Origin: an uncultured Verrucomicrobiae bacterium
Lineage (GTDB): Bacteria; Verrucomicrobiota; Verrucomicrobiia; Chthoniobacterales; Chthoniobacteraceae
Direction: 5' to 3'
Length of the DNA: 64,000 bases
NCBI GenBank assembly: GCA_963828525.1
Contig: CAWHEP010000004.1
Coordinates: 1 to 64,000, forward strand
Shown here piece by piece: positions 29,652-40,157 of this stretch. The translations under genes and the position numbers were made by a program. Each line of letters begins with the position of its first letter. Within the stretch, counting starts at the first letter, position 1. The notes beneath the pieces were generated by a model, which searched no databases, was not told where the DNA came from, and saw only the letters and a list, made by a program, of their open reading frames with translations.

Positions 29652-32492
29652 ATGTCGAAGTTTTGCTCAACCTTGCGGTTGCGCGTAGTCCTGTTCACCT
29701 TATTGGGAGCCGCCGCTTTAATGGCGGACGCGGACGCCGCAATCGACGCCCCCAACCCTCTGGACGAGGCCGTGAAGGCCGCGCAGACAGCTTTCGCGGA
29801 CGGACAGTTTGCCCAAGCTGCTACAAGTCTGGAGACGGTCATCGCGGGAGCCGCCGACACGCCTCAACTGGAACCCGTCTATTTCATGCTGGGATCCGCC
29901 TACTTCAACGGGGAAGAGTATCCCAAGGCGATAGACATATTCACGAAGTTCAAGGCCAAGTTTCCCAAGTCGGAGCAGTGGGTGAATGCTTCCTTCTCGA
30001 TGGGCCAGGCGTACTTTTTCACAAAGAAGTACGCCGAGGCGGCGGCGGAGTTCAAGGCGCTTGCAAAAATCGCTCCCAAGTTCCGGCAGGAGAGTCAGAT
30101 ATTCCTTGCGGAGGCTTTTCAATTACAGGGAAAAATCCCCGAGGCAATCGGGGTGCTTGAGGAACTCATCCAGCCGGAAATTACCACTCCATTCGCCGCG
30201 CGCGCCGGTCTGATGCTCGCGCCTCTTTATGCCGAGCAGGAGGAATTTGCGAAAGGCATCCTGGTTCTGACTAATCTCAAAAAGAAGATCGGTCTGGTGG
30301 AGAATGTGGTACAGCTAAACTCGGTGGCGATAAAATTCGGAGACAAGCTCATGGAGGGTAAGGAGTTTCCCGATGCCCTCTCGTGTTACCGGATCGTGTT
30401 GCCGAAGGAAGAGGTCATCAGGCTGCAAAAGGAGCGCATTCTCGCCATGAAGCACCAGATGGATGACAACATCGCCGTTGTGCGAGCCAACCCGAAGCTC
30501 GTTACGGACATGCTCCCGATCAATAATCGCCTGCGGGCATTGATGGACACGACCCAAAAGCTTCTGGATGAGTTCGATAAACTGCCTCCCTACGCTCCCA
30601 CGCTCGACCTGCGCATGGGTCGCGCGTTCTATGAGTTGGACAAAAAGTGGGAATCCATCGTCGCCTACGAGGAGGTGACGCGAAGATATAAGACTTCGCC
30701 CGAATGTGAGTCAGCTCTGTTTGGCCTGGTTGTATCCCTCGTGGACCTCCAGCGCTCCGTGCTCGCTCAACAGTACGCCAGCCGATACCTGGCCGACTTT
30801 CCAGAGGGACCCAACGCTGGAACCGTTGGATATTTAATGGGGGCGGTGTTGCTGCAAAACAATGACTACGCGGGTGCTGAAGTAGTCTTCAAACGCGTGC
30901 TAGCCAGCCAGCCAAAGAGTTCGTTTCGAGAGGAGATGACCTACCTGCTCGGAAATTGCCAGTTTCTCCAGGGAAATTACGAGGAAGCCGAAAAGACATT
31001 TGTCCAGTACAAGGCAGATTTTCCTCACGGGATACACGCCGAGGACATCTCCTACCGGATAGCCGCGGGAACTTTATTTGAGGGGCGATCCGATGACGCG
31101 GTGGCGCCACTCACCAGCTATATCAAAACATACCCGGGTGGCAGCTATGCTGCCGACGCCAAGTATCGGCTCGGAGTGTGCAAATCTGCGCAGCAGAAAT
31201 TCGATGAGGTGGTCGCGCTTTGCCGCGACTGGCAAAAAGATTACCCCGGCAACCCTGAATTGCCGGAAATTCTATCGTTGCAAGGCGATGGGCTGGCCGG
31301 TTTGGACAAGGTGGATGAGGCGATCGATTCCTACACACGCGCTTTCAAGACCGCGACGAGTACCGAAACCATCAAATACGCGCTTTTCGATGGAGCTCAG
31401 AAGTTAATGCAAAAGAAAGGCGACTGGGAAGGCATGGCGTCCATGTTTGAGGAGTTCGCAAAAAAGAATCCCGACAGCCCTTTCACTCTTCTGGCTTTGT
31501 ATTGGATTGGCAAGGCGCGTGTTCATCAAGATAGGCCGGATGATGCAAAGAAATTCCTGGCTGCGTCGGTGAAGCAGTTCATGCCAGACAGGAAACGGGA
31601 CGCGGTGGAGCAGATACTAACCCTGCTGGTGCAATTGGTCGCCAAGAGGACTGCGAGCGCCGCGTCGAGCGATGCTTCGTCGCCGAGTGCGAGTCCCACC
31701 CCTCTTCCTGACGCGCGTCCAGACCTGGAAGCACTGTTGGGATCGCCTCTGAAAACCGAGAATCCCACGAGCCGGTCGCGCATTGTTTATTCCGAGGCGA
31801 AGCTGTTGCAGTTGCGTAAACAACCTAAAGAGGCTGATCTAGAGTTTCAGGAGATTGGCGACCGGTATAAACCGGCGGATCTAAGCGCGACGGTGCTTGC
31901 GGAGACGGGAGATTACCTCGTAACAAAGGGATCGCTGGACAAAGCGGCGGCCTTCTATAAGGAGCTGGAGGATTCATTCGCCAAAAGTGATCTCCTTGAT
32001 TACGCGCGTGTCGGCCTGGGAGAAATTTCTTACAAGAAAGGCGATTATAAGAACGCGCTGAAACAGTTCTCCGCCGCCGTGGATCAGACAACTACGACGC
32101 TGAAGCTGAAGGATGCCACGATGGGCCAGGCGAGGACTTTTCTAAAGCTGGGTAAGATGGCGGAGGCTCGGAAGGCGTTTCAGCAGGTCGCCTCCGTGCG
32201 CGAGTGGCGCGGGCCAGCGACCGCCGAAAGTGTCTTCAATCTCGGGCAAATTGCCGCGAGCGAAGGCAAGCTTCCGGAGGCCATCGCCTTTTACCAAAGG
32301 GTTTATGTGGCTTACCAGCGTTACCTCCCGTGGGTCGCCAAAGCTTATCTCGAGAGTGGTTCTCTTTTCGAGAAGATGAACAAGAAGCCCGAGGCCTTGA
32401 AGACTTATCAGGAGATGATCCGCAACGAGAAACTGGCGACCTTCCCGGAACTGGAGCAAGCGCGCAAGCGACTGGAATCTTTGGGAACATGA
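29652..32492 (+). CDS. Large exported TPR-repeat protein (946 aa)
   Basis: Signal peptide; many LG..Y...A...F...P.S TPR units. Confidence 0.88.
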   Translation: MSKFCSTLRLRVVLFTLLGAAALMADADAAIDAPNPLDEAVKAAQTAFADGQFAQAATSLETVIAGAADTPQLEPVYFMLGSAYFNGEEYPKAIDIFTKFKAKFPKSEQWVNASFSMGQAYFFTKKYAEAAAEFKALAKIAPKFRQESQIFLAEAFQLQGKIPEAIGVLEELIQPEITTPFAARAGLMLAPLYAEQEEFAKGILVLTNLKKKIGLVENVVQLNSVAIKFGDKLMEGKEFPDALSCYRIVLPKEEVIRLQKERILAMKHQMDDNIAVVRANPKLVTDMLPINNRLRALMDTTQKLLDEFDKLPPYAPTLDLRMGRAFYELDKKWESIVAYEEVTRRYKTSPECESALFGLVVSLVDLQRSVLAQQYASRYLADFPEGPNAGTVGYLMGAVLLQNNDYAGAEVVFKRVLASQPKSSFREEMTYLLGNCQFLQGNYEEAEKTFVQYKADFPHGIHAEDISYRIAAGTLFEGRSDDAVAPLTSYIKTYPGGSYAADAKYRLGVCKSAQQKFDEVVALCRDWQKDYPGNPELPEILSLQGDGLAGLDKVDEAIDSYTRAFKTATSTETIKYALFDGAQKLMQKKGDWEGMASMFEEFAKKNPDSPFTLLALYWIGKARVHQDRPDDAKKFLAASVKQFMPDRKRDAVEQILTLLVQLVAKRTASAASSDASSPSASPTPLPDARPDLEALLGSPLKTENPTSRSRIVYSEAKLLQLRKQPKEADLEFQEIGDRYKPADLSATVLAETGDYLVTKGSLDKAAAFYKELEDSFAKSDLLDYARVGLGEISYKKGDYKNALKQFSAAVDQTTTTLKLKDATMGQARTFLKLGKMAEARKAFQQVASVREWRGPATAESVFNLGQIAASEGKLPEAIAFYQRVYVAYQRYLPWVAKAYLESGSLFEKMNKKPEALKTYQEMIRNEKLATFPELEQARKRLESLGT

Positions 32493-33373
32493 GGCCCCTC
32501 TTTTCCATTTTCTCGCTCTTCCTCGTCCTCTGCCATTGCGTCGCGGATGACATTATTCTCCGGAGCGGCAAAGTCATCACCATCACTCATCCCAGCCGCG
32601 TCGGGGATTCCCTCATGACAGATATTCCCGGGACGGGCGGGCAGTTGGGCTACAGCGTAAAAGACATCGTGAAGATGGAATTTCCGCGTCCGGATCAGCT
32701 TAAAATGGCTTCCGACTTGCTTGGACTGGGACAACCTCAACAAGCAATCAGCATCCTTGACCCTGTCCTGTCGTTTTACAGCTCATTTAGCGACATACCT
32801 GGGAACTGGTGGTTGCCCGCGGCCTTGCTCAAGGCGAGCGCTCTTCAATCGCTCCACAAGGAGAACGAAGCTGAACCGATCTTGAAGGAGATTGCGAGGC
32901 TTGCCACGGATCCAGACGATTCGCGTCTTGCCAAGGTGCGCCTTGCCGCTCTCTCCGCCCGGCGGGTGGCTGTCGGCGCAGAGAATCTTCATGATGATCC
33001 CGTGGCGATAGCGGCGCATAGAGCCGGGTACAAGGACGCCCTCCCTGTGTATGATGAAGTTGTGGACCATAGTTTCCGGGCTGATGTATTGGCGGAAGCT
33101 TGGATCGCCAAGGGCGACGCCTCGCTTGCTCTGGATCAGGTGGATGCGGCGGTGATCGCTTATTTTCACATACCCGTTTTTTTTCCTGAGCAGACACAGT
33201 TGATGCCCAGGGCGCTGTATGGCAGCGCGAAAGCATTCGTGGCGATGGCGGATTATAAAAGAGCAAAAGATACAATCCAGCAGCTCCAGACTGACTTTGG
33301 CGCTTCTCCTGAATCCCTTCTGGCGAGAAGAGATTTGGAAACAATTCATGCTCGCGAGATGGAGAAGCATTAA
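32489..33373 (+). CDS. Exported protein with N-terminal beta domain and TPR repeats
   Basis: ATGA overlap with the upstream gene; signal peptide; DDIILRSG, AVIAYFHIPVFFP...RALY TPR end. Confidence 0.8.
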   Translation: MRPLFSIFSLFLVLCHCVADDIILRSGKVITITHPSRVGDSLMTDIPGTGGQLGYSVKDIVKMEFPRPDQLKMASDLLGLGQPQQAISILDPVLSFYSSFSDIPGNWWLPAALLKASALQSLHKENEAEPILKEIARLATDPDDSRLAKVRLAALSARRVAVGAENLHDDPVAIAAHRAGYKDALPVYDEVVDHSFRADVLAEAWIAKGDASLALDQVDAAVIAYFHIPVFFPEQTQLMPRALYGSAKAFVAMADYKRAKDTIQQLQTDFGASPESLLARRDLETIHAREMEKH

Positions 33374-33450
33374 GTGCGCAAACTCTTTCAGCTTCGTTCG
33401 CGTTCGTGTATAAGTCTTTTCACAGGACGCTCCCCCGTTCCCTCCTACTT

Positions 33451-34281
33451 ATGAAATACCGCTACCTCTATATCTTTGCAGTCTTTGTTGCTGGCCTTAT
33501 GCTCGCGTCAATGGGTTTTGCCCAATCAGCCACTCCTGCCGCCAGCCCAGGCGAGCCAGCCAAGCAGGACAAAACGCTCTTTCAGCAAATTCAGGACGGC
33601 GGTTGGGTGATGATCCCCATCGGACTATGCTCCGTGCTAACGCTGTATCTGATCGGAGACGGAAGCATTCGCACGGGAAAAGAGAAAGCGGCGCCTGAAG
33701 ATCAGGTCACCGCGTTGAAAGATCTTTTCAGACAGGGCGACTATGTGGGCGCCTACAACTACTGCAAGGAACACCCTTCTGCTCTGACAAACGTGTTGAA
33801 GCAGGGTATCAGCCTCCTGGGAGAGGGGAAGCAAGTGGCAGAAGAGGGGATGACGGGAGAGATGGCTAAGGAGAATTCGAATTTGCAGACTTATATCAGC
33901 TACCTATCGGTTATAGGAGTTTGCACCCCCATGATCGGTCTTCTTGGAACTGTCACCGGAATGATTCGGGCGTTTGCCACTTTGGGACGCTCTGGCATCG
34001 GTGATCCCTCCAGCTTGTCGTCCGCCATCGGTGAAGTGCTTGTGGCCACCGCCAGCGGTCTGGTTATCGCTATTCCTGCGTTCGGTTCTTTCTATTTCCT
34101 GCGAAATAGGGCGATCGCCTCCATTCACCATGTGCAGGACATTGTGAATAGTCTGTTCCGCAAGATGCCTTATGAGTCCCTGGCCGGCGTTCATATCGGC
34201 GACGACGAGCTTTATGCTGCTGTGCCGAACTGGGTGGCTCACGAAGAGTTCAACACCGCCACGCCGGGCGAAGCCGTTTAA
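33451..34281 (+). CDS. exbB: MotA/TolQ/ExbB proton channel
   Basis: GGWVMIPI, PMIGLLGTVTGMIRAF, IGEVLVATASGLVIAIPA. Confidence 0.9.
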   Translation: MKYRYLYIFAVFVAGLMLASMGFAQSATPAASPGEPAKQDKTLFQQIQDGGWVMIPIGLCSVLTLYLIGDGSIRTGKEKAAPEDQVTALKDLFRQGDYVGAYNYCKEHPSALTNVLKQGISLLGEGKQVAEEGMTGEMAKENSNLQTYISYLSVIGVCTPMIGLLGTVTGMIRAFATLGRSGIGDPSSLSSAIGEVLVATASGLVIAIPAFGSFYFLRNRAIASIHHVQDIVNSLFRKMPYESLAGVHIGDDELYAAVPNWVAHEEFNTATPGEAV

Positions 34282-34303
34282 GCAATGGAGGTTCTGATCT
34301 AAC

Positions 34304-34762
34304 ATGGCAGGCGGTGGAGGTGGTGGAGAGGGCGAACCGGAGTTTCAGGTAGCCCCGATGATCGATGTCCTTCTGACGATCCTTGTTTTCTTCATGATGA
34401 TTACCTCGGCCCAGGTGTTGAAGGTGGATAAGACCATCACCCTGCCCGTCGCGCCTGATGCGATCAAAAAAGACAACTCGCGGAGCGAGGCTATAGTGAA
34501 CGTTCGGTGGAAGGAAGCCGAGAAGAAGGCCGAGTTCGTTCTCGACGACAAAGTCTACGCCAAGGCCGCCGAGTTGGTTCCAGGGCTTTCAAGCGACCGG
34601 GCGGCGGGCGAGAAAAAGATCACCGCTGGCGCGAATCCGAAATTTCGGGCGGTTATACGCGGCGATCAGAATGTGCCCGCCGTGTATGTGTCCGAAGCGA
34701 TGAACTCGTGCGGCATGGCTGGCATCTCGGACATCTCGTTCTCCGCGGTTAACAAACAGTAG
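34304..34762 (+). CDS. exbD: ExbD/TolR family protein
   Basis: APMIDVLLTILVFFMM, IRGD. Confidence 0.9.
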   Translation: MAGGGGGGEGEPEFQVAPMIDVLLTILVFFMMITSAQVLKVDKTITLPVAPDAIKKDNSRSEAIVNVRWKEAEKKAEFVLDDKVYAKAAELVPGLSSDRAAGEKKITAGANPKFRAVIRGDQNVPAVYVSEAMNSCGMAGISDISFSAVNKQ

Positions 34763-34763
34763 C

Positions 34764-35207
34764 ATGCGACTTGAAACAAACCCCAACGAGGGGAACTTGG
34801 GATTTCAAATCGCGCCGATGATCGATGTCGTATTCGTCATCATGCTCTTTTTTATGGTTATGGCTGGCGCTGTGAAGGTCGAAAACGAGCTAAATACTAC
34901 GTTGCCAGGAACAGCCGCGACCGATTCTGCGACCGACTTTCCGGATGAGCAGATTATCACGATCGCCGAGGACGGCTCTGTCCTGCTAAATGAGGAGCCC
35001 TTCGACTCTGTTGAAAGCAAGAACCTTCCGAAGTTCACCGCGACGCTCATGCGTTTAAAGGAGGCAAGTGACGCCTCGAAAACTCCGACGATCGTAACGA
35101 TTGTGAGCGCCCGAAGAGCAAAGTACAGCAGAACAATAGATGTTCTGGACGCGCTTGCGGTGGCAAAGATTGATAACGTGACGTTTACAGTCGCCGAAGA
35201 CGAATAG
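34764..35207 (+). CDS. exbD: ExbD/TolR family protein (second copy)
   Basis: APMIDVVFVIMLFFMV. Confidence 0.9.
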   Translation: MRLETNPNEGNLGFQIAPMIDVVFVIMLFFMVMAGAVKVENELNTTLPGTAATDSATDFPDEQIITIAEDGSVLLNEEPFDSVESKNLPKFTATLMRLKEASDASKTPTIVTIVSARRAKYSRTIDVLDALAVAKIDNVTFTVAEDE

Positions 35208-35235
35208 CGACGCGGGCGGCAAGGGATATAGCCTC

Positions 35236-36363
35236 ATGAGGAAGCGGGTTCGCAAGCGTCATGTGGCTTTCGATCGGGGCACAGCTTCTCCCGCGGTGTC
35301 GGATCGCCGCCTCATCGTGGTCGACCAGGAAGTCCTTCGCGACAGGGTTTCTTCAAAGTGCCGCGCGATTCTGAAGAAGCTGGAACAGGCGCGGCGTGAC
35401 TGGGCGCGCTTCACCGAAGAGGATCAACCAGCCTTCACTCGGTGGACGGCGGCAACATTTGGGCCGCTCCTTACTGCGCACCGTGAACTGAGCGAGAAGA
35501 TCAGGGATCGCATTTCCCTCGTGCGCGACATCGATTTCGAATTTTTTAGGGGAAAAGGGAGCCGTCATGCCGCTTATTCGGAAGTGATTCGCCGGAGGAA
35601 CGCGCCGCCTGAAGCGTTTGAGGAGCATCCGGAGAACTCCGAAAGCGCGGAGGACCCGCACGACCTTAGCGAAGAGGAGAAGGGAGCATTCTTCGACGAG
35701 TTCCTCGAAGACATAGGGTTGGATCCCCGCATGCTGCCACCGGGGGTTTATGCATCAATGCGCGCTGAGTTCGAACAAAATGTGTTCGGTGAGGACGAGC
35801 CACCGCCGAAGCCACCCCCGCGCCATCGCGATCCTCCGCCAGTCGCTCAATCTTTGAGCGCGCGGATCAAGGAAAAGTATCGGTGGCTCGCGCGGCAGTT
35901 ACATCCCGATACCACAAGGAAACCCCGGCCTGATCTGCTGGCGATCTGGCATGAAGTGCAGGAGGCTTACCAGGCTGGCAACCTTGAACAACTCGAGACT
36001 TTGGTCGCGGTCGTTGAAATGCGCGAGGGGATCATTGGGGAGCAAACCAGCCTTTCGCAAGCCCGCGCGGCGCTGGGGAAGATGCAGACCGGCCTTAACG
36101 CGCTGGGAAAAAGTCTCAAGCATGCAAAGAAGGATAACGCATGGCTCTTCTCGCAAGCGGGTGAATCCGAACGAAAAGCCATCGCGATTAAAATCGAACC
36201 GCGCATGCGGGAGGAGATTGATCAGGCAACGTCTGAATTGGCTGAACTGGATGAAATGCTTCGCATTTGGGCGATCCCACCCCCGGCATCCCGCAAGCGC
36301 CAGGTGAAGACGAAAAAGCGCTCCTCCCCGTCGAAGAGGGGACAGCCGTCATTTGAATTCTAG
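35236..36363 (+). CDS. Coiled-coil protein with an internal J-domain-like segment
   Basis: IKEKYRWLARQLHPD...WHEVQEAY. Confidence 0.7.
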   Translation: MRKRVRKRHVAFDRGTASPAVSDRRLIVVDQEVLRDRVSSKCRAILKKLEQARRDWARFTEEDQPAFTRWTAATFGPLLTAHRELSEKIRDRISLVRDIDFEFFRGKGSRHAAYSEVIRRRNAPPEAFEEHPENSESAEDPHDLSEEEKGAFFDEFLEDIGLDPRMLPPGVYASMRAEFEQNVFGEDEPPPKPPPRHRDPPPVAQSLSARIKEKYRWLARQLHPDTTRKPRPDLLAIWHEVQEAYQAGNLEQLETLVAVVEMREGIIGEQTSLSQARAALGKMQTGLNALGKSLKHAKKDNAWLFSQAGESERKAIAIKIEPRMREEIDQATSELAELDEMLRIWAIPPPASRKRQVKTKKRSSPSKRGQPSFEF

Positions 36364-36374
36364 AACCGCGCCTC

Positions 36375-37997
36375 TCAAGGAGAGCCTATTCCTCGGGGAT
36401 GCCAAAGGACGAAGTGGATACCATCCACATCCAGCGGCGTGAGATCTCCGGCTGGCAGCGAGTGGACCACCTCCACCGCCTCTTTGCTCCCCGTCCAAAT
36501 AACGCCGCCTATCAACCCTTCCCCCGCTTTTACCGCGTCTTTCCATTCCCCTGGAGTTGTTAGGTTGTTTAAAAGTTCCCTCTGCGCGTAGTATGGCAGC
36601 ACGCTGTAGTAGGGATCGAAGTTGCAGAGCACCGTCGTACCGGAGCGGAATTCACGGGCCAGTCGTTTGCCCAGGTCTGGAACGAGGGTGAATGGCTCCT
36701 GACAAGTGCCGTTCAATATGGGAAAGAGACTCCGCATCCGATCGGCTTGCGAATAACCAGCGCGAGCAATTGTCAGAAGGAGAATGCTCAGGATCAATCC
36801 CTTGGACGCCGTGATCCATCGGAGTCGATGCGGCGCGGCAAGCCGAGGCCAGAATAAGCTCTCCATCCCAAGGCCCGCCAGAACCGCGACAACTGCCATC
36901 AGGTAGAAGGTTGTGAAGTCATGGATGAAGGATTCATTTCGCAGCAGTGTTACATAGAGAGTTCCCGCCGTGCCCATGAGGAGGAGGCCCCAGGCGATCC
37001 ATCCCAGACGCCTGTGCCTTGCCTTGTGACGTAGGAGATGAATCAACCCGGCCACAGCCAGAAGCAACGGGAGCGGGAGATAATCTTCATAAATTCCACC
37101 CGCTACGACCGTGATCCATTGTCCGGTCGTAAAGTGGGTGGATCGGCTCATCTCGGAAGGCGAGGAGCCGGTGGCGGTGCCATTCCCTAATCGCATTTTT
37201 AGCGCCGCCCAAAGATCCCTCCACGCCTCCGGGTTTGCATGCCGAATTTGGATGAGGAAAACCGTTCCGGAGAGAAGTCCCGCGCAGAGGATCGCAACCG
37301 CAAAGAAGCGCTGCCGCCTGTCACCGGTAATGAGGAACCATGCTGCCATGCTTATCGAGAACAAATAGCCCGGCCAGTCCATCCAGAATGCGAGGATGCA
37401 GGCTCCTCCCGCGAGCCACATCGAGACGCGCGACTTTCGCGCAAGCCAGTACCTTGTGAACAGCAGCGCGGCGAGCATTAGCATGAGCAGGCAAGGCTCG
37501 AAATCAACCATATCTCCGTAGTGCAGTTCCATTGGCAGGAAAGAAAAGACCGCGGCCGCCAGGGTGGCAGCCCTGCGGTTAAGAATGTCGCGCAGGAAGA
37601 GCCACAAGAAGACCAGGCTCAACAAAGAACTCAACGCCGGGGTCACCCTCGCGCTCCATTCCGCTTCACCGAAGAGAGCGAAGGAAGCCGTTACAAGCAG
37701 CGGCAGCAGTGTTGGGTGATGCACGTAATATGCATCAGGAGGTATTGGAAGCTCACCAAAGTAGAGGGTCGCGGGAACCCCCGCCGTCACTGCGAGCCCG
37801 GCGCGGAGATTGTTATGCGCCGCTTGCGAGTAGATCGCTCCGTAATAGGTGTCATTTTCGACCCAGGGAGAATTCATTCCCTTATAAAAGTGGCCTGCCA
37901 GGAAAAGAAAGAGCGCGCCGAAGAGAATGATCCAAACGCGAGAGTTGCCATCCGAGGCGTCGTCGCCGGTCTCCCCGGGCGGTTCCAGCAAGGCCAT
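36375..37997 (-). CDS. ArnT/PMT-like (GT-C) membrane glycosyltransferase
   Basis: Multi-TM; YYVHHPTL...ALFGEAEWSAR motif. Confidence 0.8.
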   Translation of the reverse strand: MALLEPPGETGDDASDGNSRVWIILFGALFLFLAGHFYKGMNSPWVENDTYYGAIYSQAAHNNLRAGLAVTAGVPATLYFGELPIPPDAYYVHHPTLLPLLVTASFALFGEAEWSARVTPALSSLLSLVFLWLFLRDILNRRAATLAAAVFSFLPMELHYGDMVDFEPCLLMLMLAALLFTRYWLARKSRVSMWLAGGACILAFWMDWPGYLFSISMAAWFLITGDRRQRFFAVAILCAGLLSGTVFLIQIRHANPEAWRDLWAALKMRLGNGTATGSSPSEMSRSTHFTTGQWITVVAGGIYEDYLPLPLLLAVAGLIHLLRHKARHRRLGWIAWGLLLMGTAGTLYVTLLRNESFIHDFTTFYLMAVVAVLAGLGMESLFWPRLAAPHRLRWITASKGLILSILLLTIARAGYSQADRMRSLFPILNGTCQEPFTLVPDLGKRLAREFRSGTTVLCNFDPYYSVLPYYAQRELLNNLTTPGEWKDAVKAGEGLIGGVIWTGSKEAVEVVHSLPAGDLTPLDVDGIHFVLWHPRGIGSP

Positions 37998-38008
37998 CTT
38001 GCGCCTCA

Positions 38009-38755
38009 CTATTCGAAAATCGCGATTACAGGAGCATGATCGCTGCTCCCAAAATCCTTGGAGACTGTGCAGGAACGAGCCATGGCGCCGAGTCGCGCGC
38101 TCGCCAACACATAATCAAGACGCCACCCAATGTTTCGCGCCCTCATATCGCGCCATGGCGCCCACCAGGTGAACAGGCCCTCGTTAGCGGGATCCAGCGA
38201 CCGTGCGATATCTACAAGACCGGCATCAAGAATACGCTCGAACAGGGCGCGCTCTTCCGGCAACTGCCCGATCACCTCCCGTCTTTCCCTTGGATGCACG
38301 TCCATCTCAGACCTGGCGACGTTGAGATCTCCGCAGATTATCAAATCGTCCCCGGCAGCCAGGACAGTTTCCGCATAGGCTTCGACAGCTTGCAAAAAGG
38401 AGATTTTTGCGGCGAAATCCTTGCCACCGTTCGGCACATAAACGGATGCGATGAGCGTGCTATCCACGCGCGCGGTCACAATCCGGTTCTCAAAATCAAA
38501 CGCAGGGTGCGAAAACTCGGGGCGCTCCTGGCTTCGATCTTTGCGCACATGCAGGCTAACCCCCGAATACCCCTTCGCCCCGCCGTGCCATAGACACCAG
38601 TAATCCTCCAGGTCGCAAAGATCAGGCGGAATTTGAGAAGGCGATGCCTTTATCTCCTGCAAGCAAGCGATATCCACTTGCTCTGTCTTTAGCCATTCCA
38701 GGACCTGCGCCTGCCGGGCGCGGATTCCGTTTACGTTCCATGTCCCAACCTTCAT
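38009..38755 (-). CDS. xth: Exodeoxyribonuclease III
   Basis: TWNVNGIRAR, LQEIK, YVPNG, GDLNVA, GWRLDY, SDHAPV. Confidence 0.95.
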   Translation of the reverse strand: MKVGTWNVNGIRARQAQVLEWLKTEQVDIACLQEIKASPSQIPPDLCDLEDYWCLWHGGAKGYSGVSLHVRKDRSQERPEFSHPAFDFENRIVTARVDSTLIASVYVPNGGKDFAAKISFLQAVEAYAETVLAAGDDLIICGDLNVARSEMDVHPRERREVIGQLPEERALFERILDAGLVDIARSLDPANEGLFTWWAPWRDMRARNIGWRLDYVLASARLGAMARSCTVSKDFGSSDHAPVIAIFE

Positions 38756-38881
38756 CGCGCACTGTATTACCGCTGCTGCCTCAAGAGCAAGCCCGGGCGA
38801 GCAGAGGGAATCCGCCCCAAAAAAGTTGATTTCGCGGCTTTTATTCCACCTTCTCCTGTTCTACACTCTCCCTCCGCTATT

Positions 38882-38955
38882 TGCCTTGTAGTGTAATGGT
38901 AGCACAAGAGATTCTGGATCTCTCTGTCAAGGTTCGAGTCCTTGCAAGGCAGCCA
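38882..38955 (+). tRNA. tRNA-Gln (anticodon CTG)
   Basis: TGCCTTG/CAAGGCA acceptor stem, AGAGA-TTCTGGA-TCTCT anticodon arm, GGTTCGAGTCC T-loop, encoded CCA. Confidence 0.95.
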
Positions 38956-38998
38956 CCTGCCGCTTCCAAGAGTTCCTCACTGAGGCGCGCGCGGAGTT

Positions 38999-40079
38999 CT
39001 ACTGCGCGAGTGATACAGGGCCGAAATCGAACGAAGGCTCGTATCGCGCGCTTTCCCGGTCAGCGACATGCCACCGCCGGTCTTCGAGATACCACAGCAC
39101 CGTCTGCCTGATCCCCGTCTCGAAAGATTCGACCGGCGCCCAACCCAGCTCGTTTCGAATTTTAGAAGTATCAATGGCGGTGCAGCAATCGACACTGGCA
39201 GCCGCGTTCACAAACATCTTTTGCTTTCGGTAAGAGAGCTGATCGGCGCGAGGGGCAAGTTCATCCAAAAGATCACAGATACGATCTACAATCTCAACGA
39301 GGGATCGGGTTCGCATCCCACCCACATTATAGGTCTCGCCTGGCGTCCCTTTCAGCAAAACGAGGCGCAAAGCAGCACAGTAATCCCGCACGAACAGCCA
39401 CGGACCCGCCTGCATGCCGTCGCCATCAACAGTCAGAGGGTTCCCCTCTTAGGGCGTTGAGAATCGTCCGTGGAATAAATTCCTCCGCGTACTGATAGGG
39501 GCCGTAAGTTCCGGTGGAGTTAACCGAAATGAACGGAAAACCGTTTTCCGTCGCGCGTTTGATACTCTCATCGGACGACACAAAGCCGTTAAGGAAGCGG
39601 AAAGCGCTCCTCTTCCGGGCCGGCAATCCTTCCCAGTAGGCCGCGCTGGCTTCAAGGAGGCTTATAGTGGCGGGAACCGAAGAGTCGAAATCGTTGGAAC
39701 GCGACGCGCGAGGCAGTTCAGCATTTTCCGCGACATTCACGACTGCGTTGATCTCGTGGGCGTCGAGAATACGCTTTACCAGGTCCTGATCTGTGGTGTC
39801 GCCTTGCACAAGGCGGTAGCGGGGATCCCGGGAGACTTTTCGAAGCCTTCCCGGCGTCTCTGGATGAGAAAGGCTGTCCAGCACCACAAGTCGTTCCACT
39901 CCGAAGCTGGAAGACAGAGCGGCGTCTGCAAAATGCGCGCCGATGAAGCGGGTGCCCCCCGTGACGAGCAGCCTTACGGGCTGGCTGTTATCGAAGCCAT
40001 CTGCGCCAAGGCGGCGAGTCAGAGGAGTTGAGGGTACTCTCATTCCCTGCATGAGAACTGAATCGTTCACGCTCCGCAA
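38999..40079 (-). CDS. Divergent dTDP-glucose 4,6-dehydratase (RfbB)-like protein; frameshift near 39430
   Basis: LLVTGGTRFIG, TYGPYQYAEEFIPRTILNALRGE, GETYNVGG, IDTSKIRNELGWAP..FETGIRQTV.WY; catalytic region missing. Confidence 0.7.
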
Positions 40080-40157
40080 TCGCGCCTGTTCCGATATTGT
40101 TGTCGGAAGAGCAGAGAAGACGCCTCCGCCTTCGTCCTACAGAGCGGGGCAAACCTG

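Noticed and set aside
38882..38955. tRNA-Gln as a genomic island integration site
   Set aside because: No duplicated tRNA 3' end and no integrase seen in the window.
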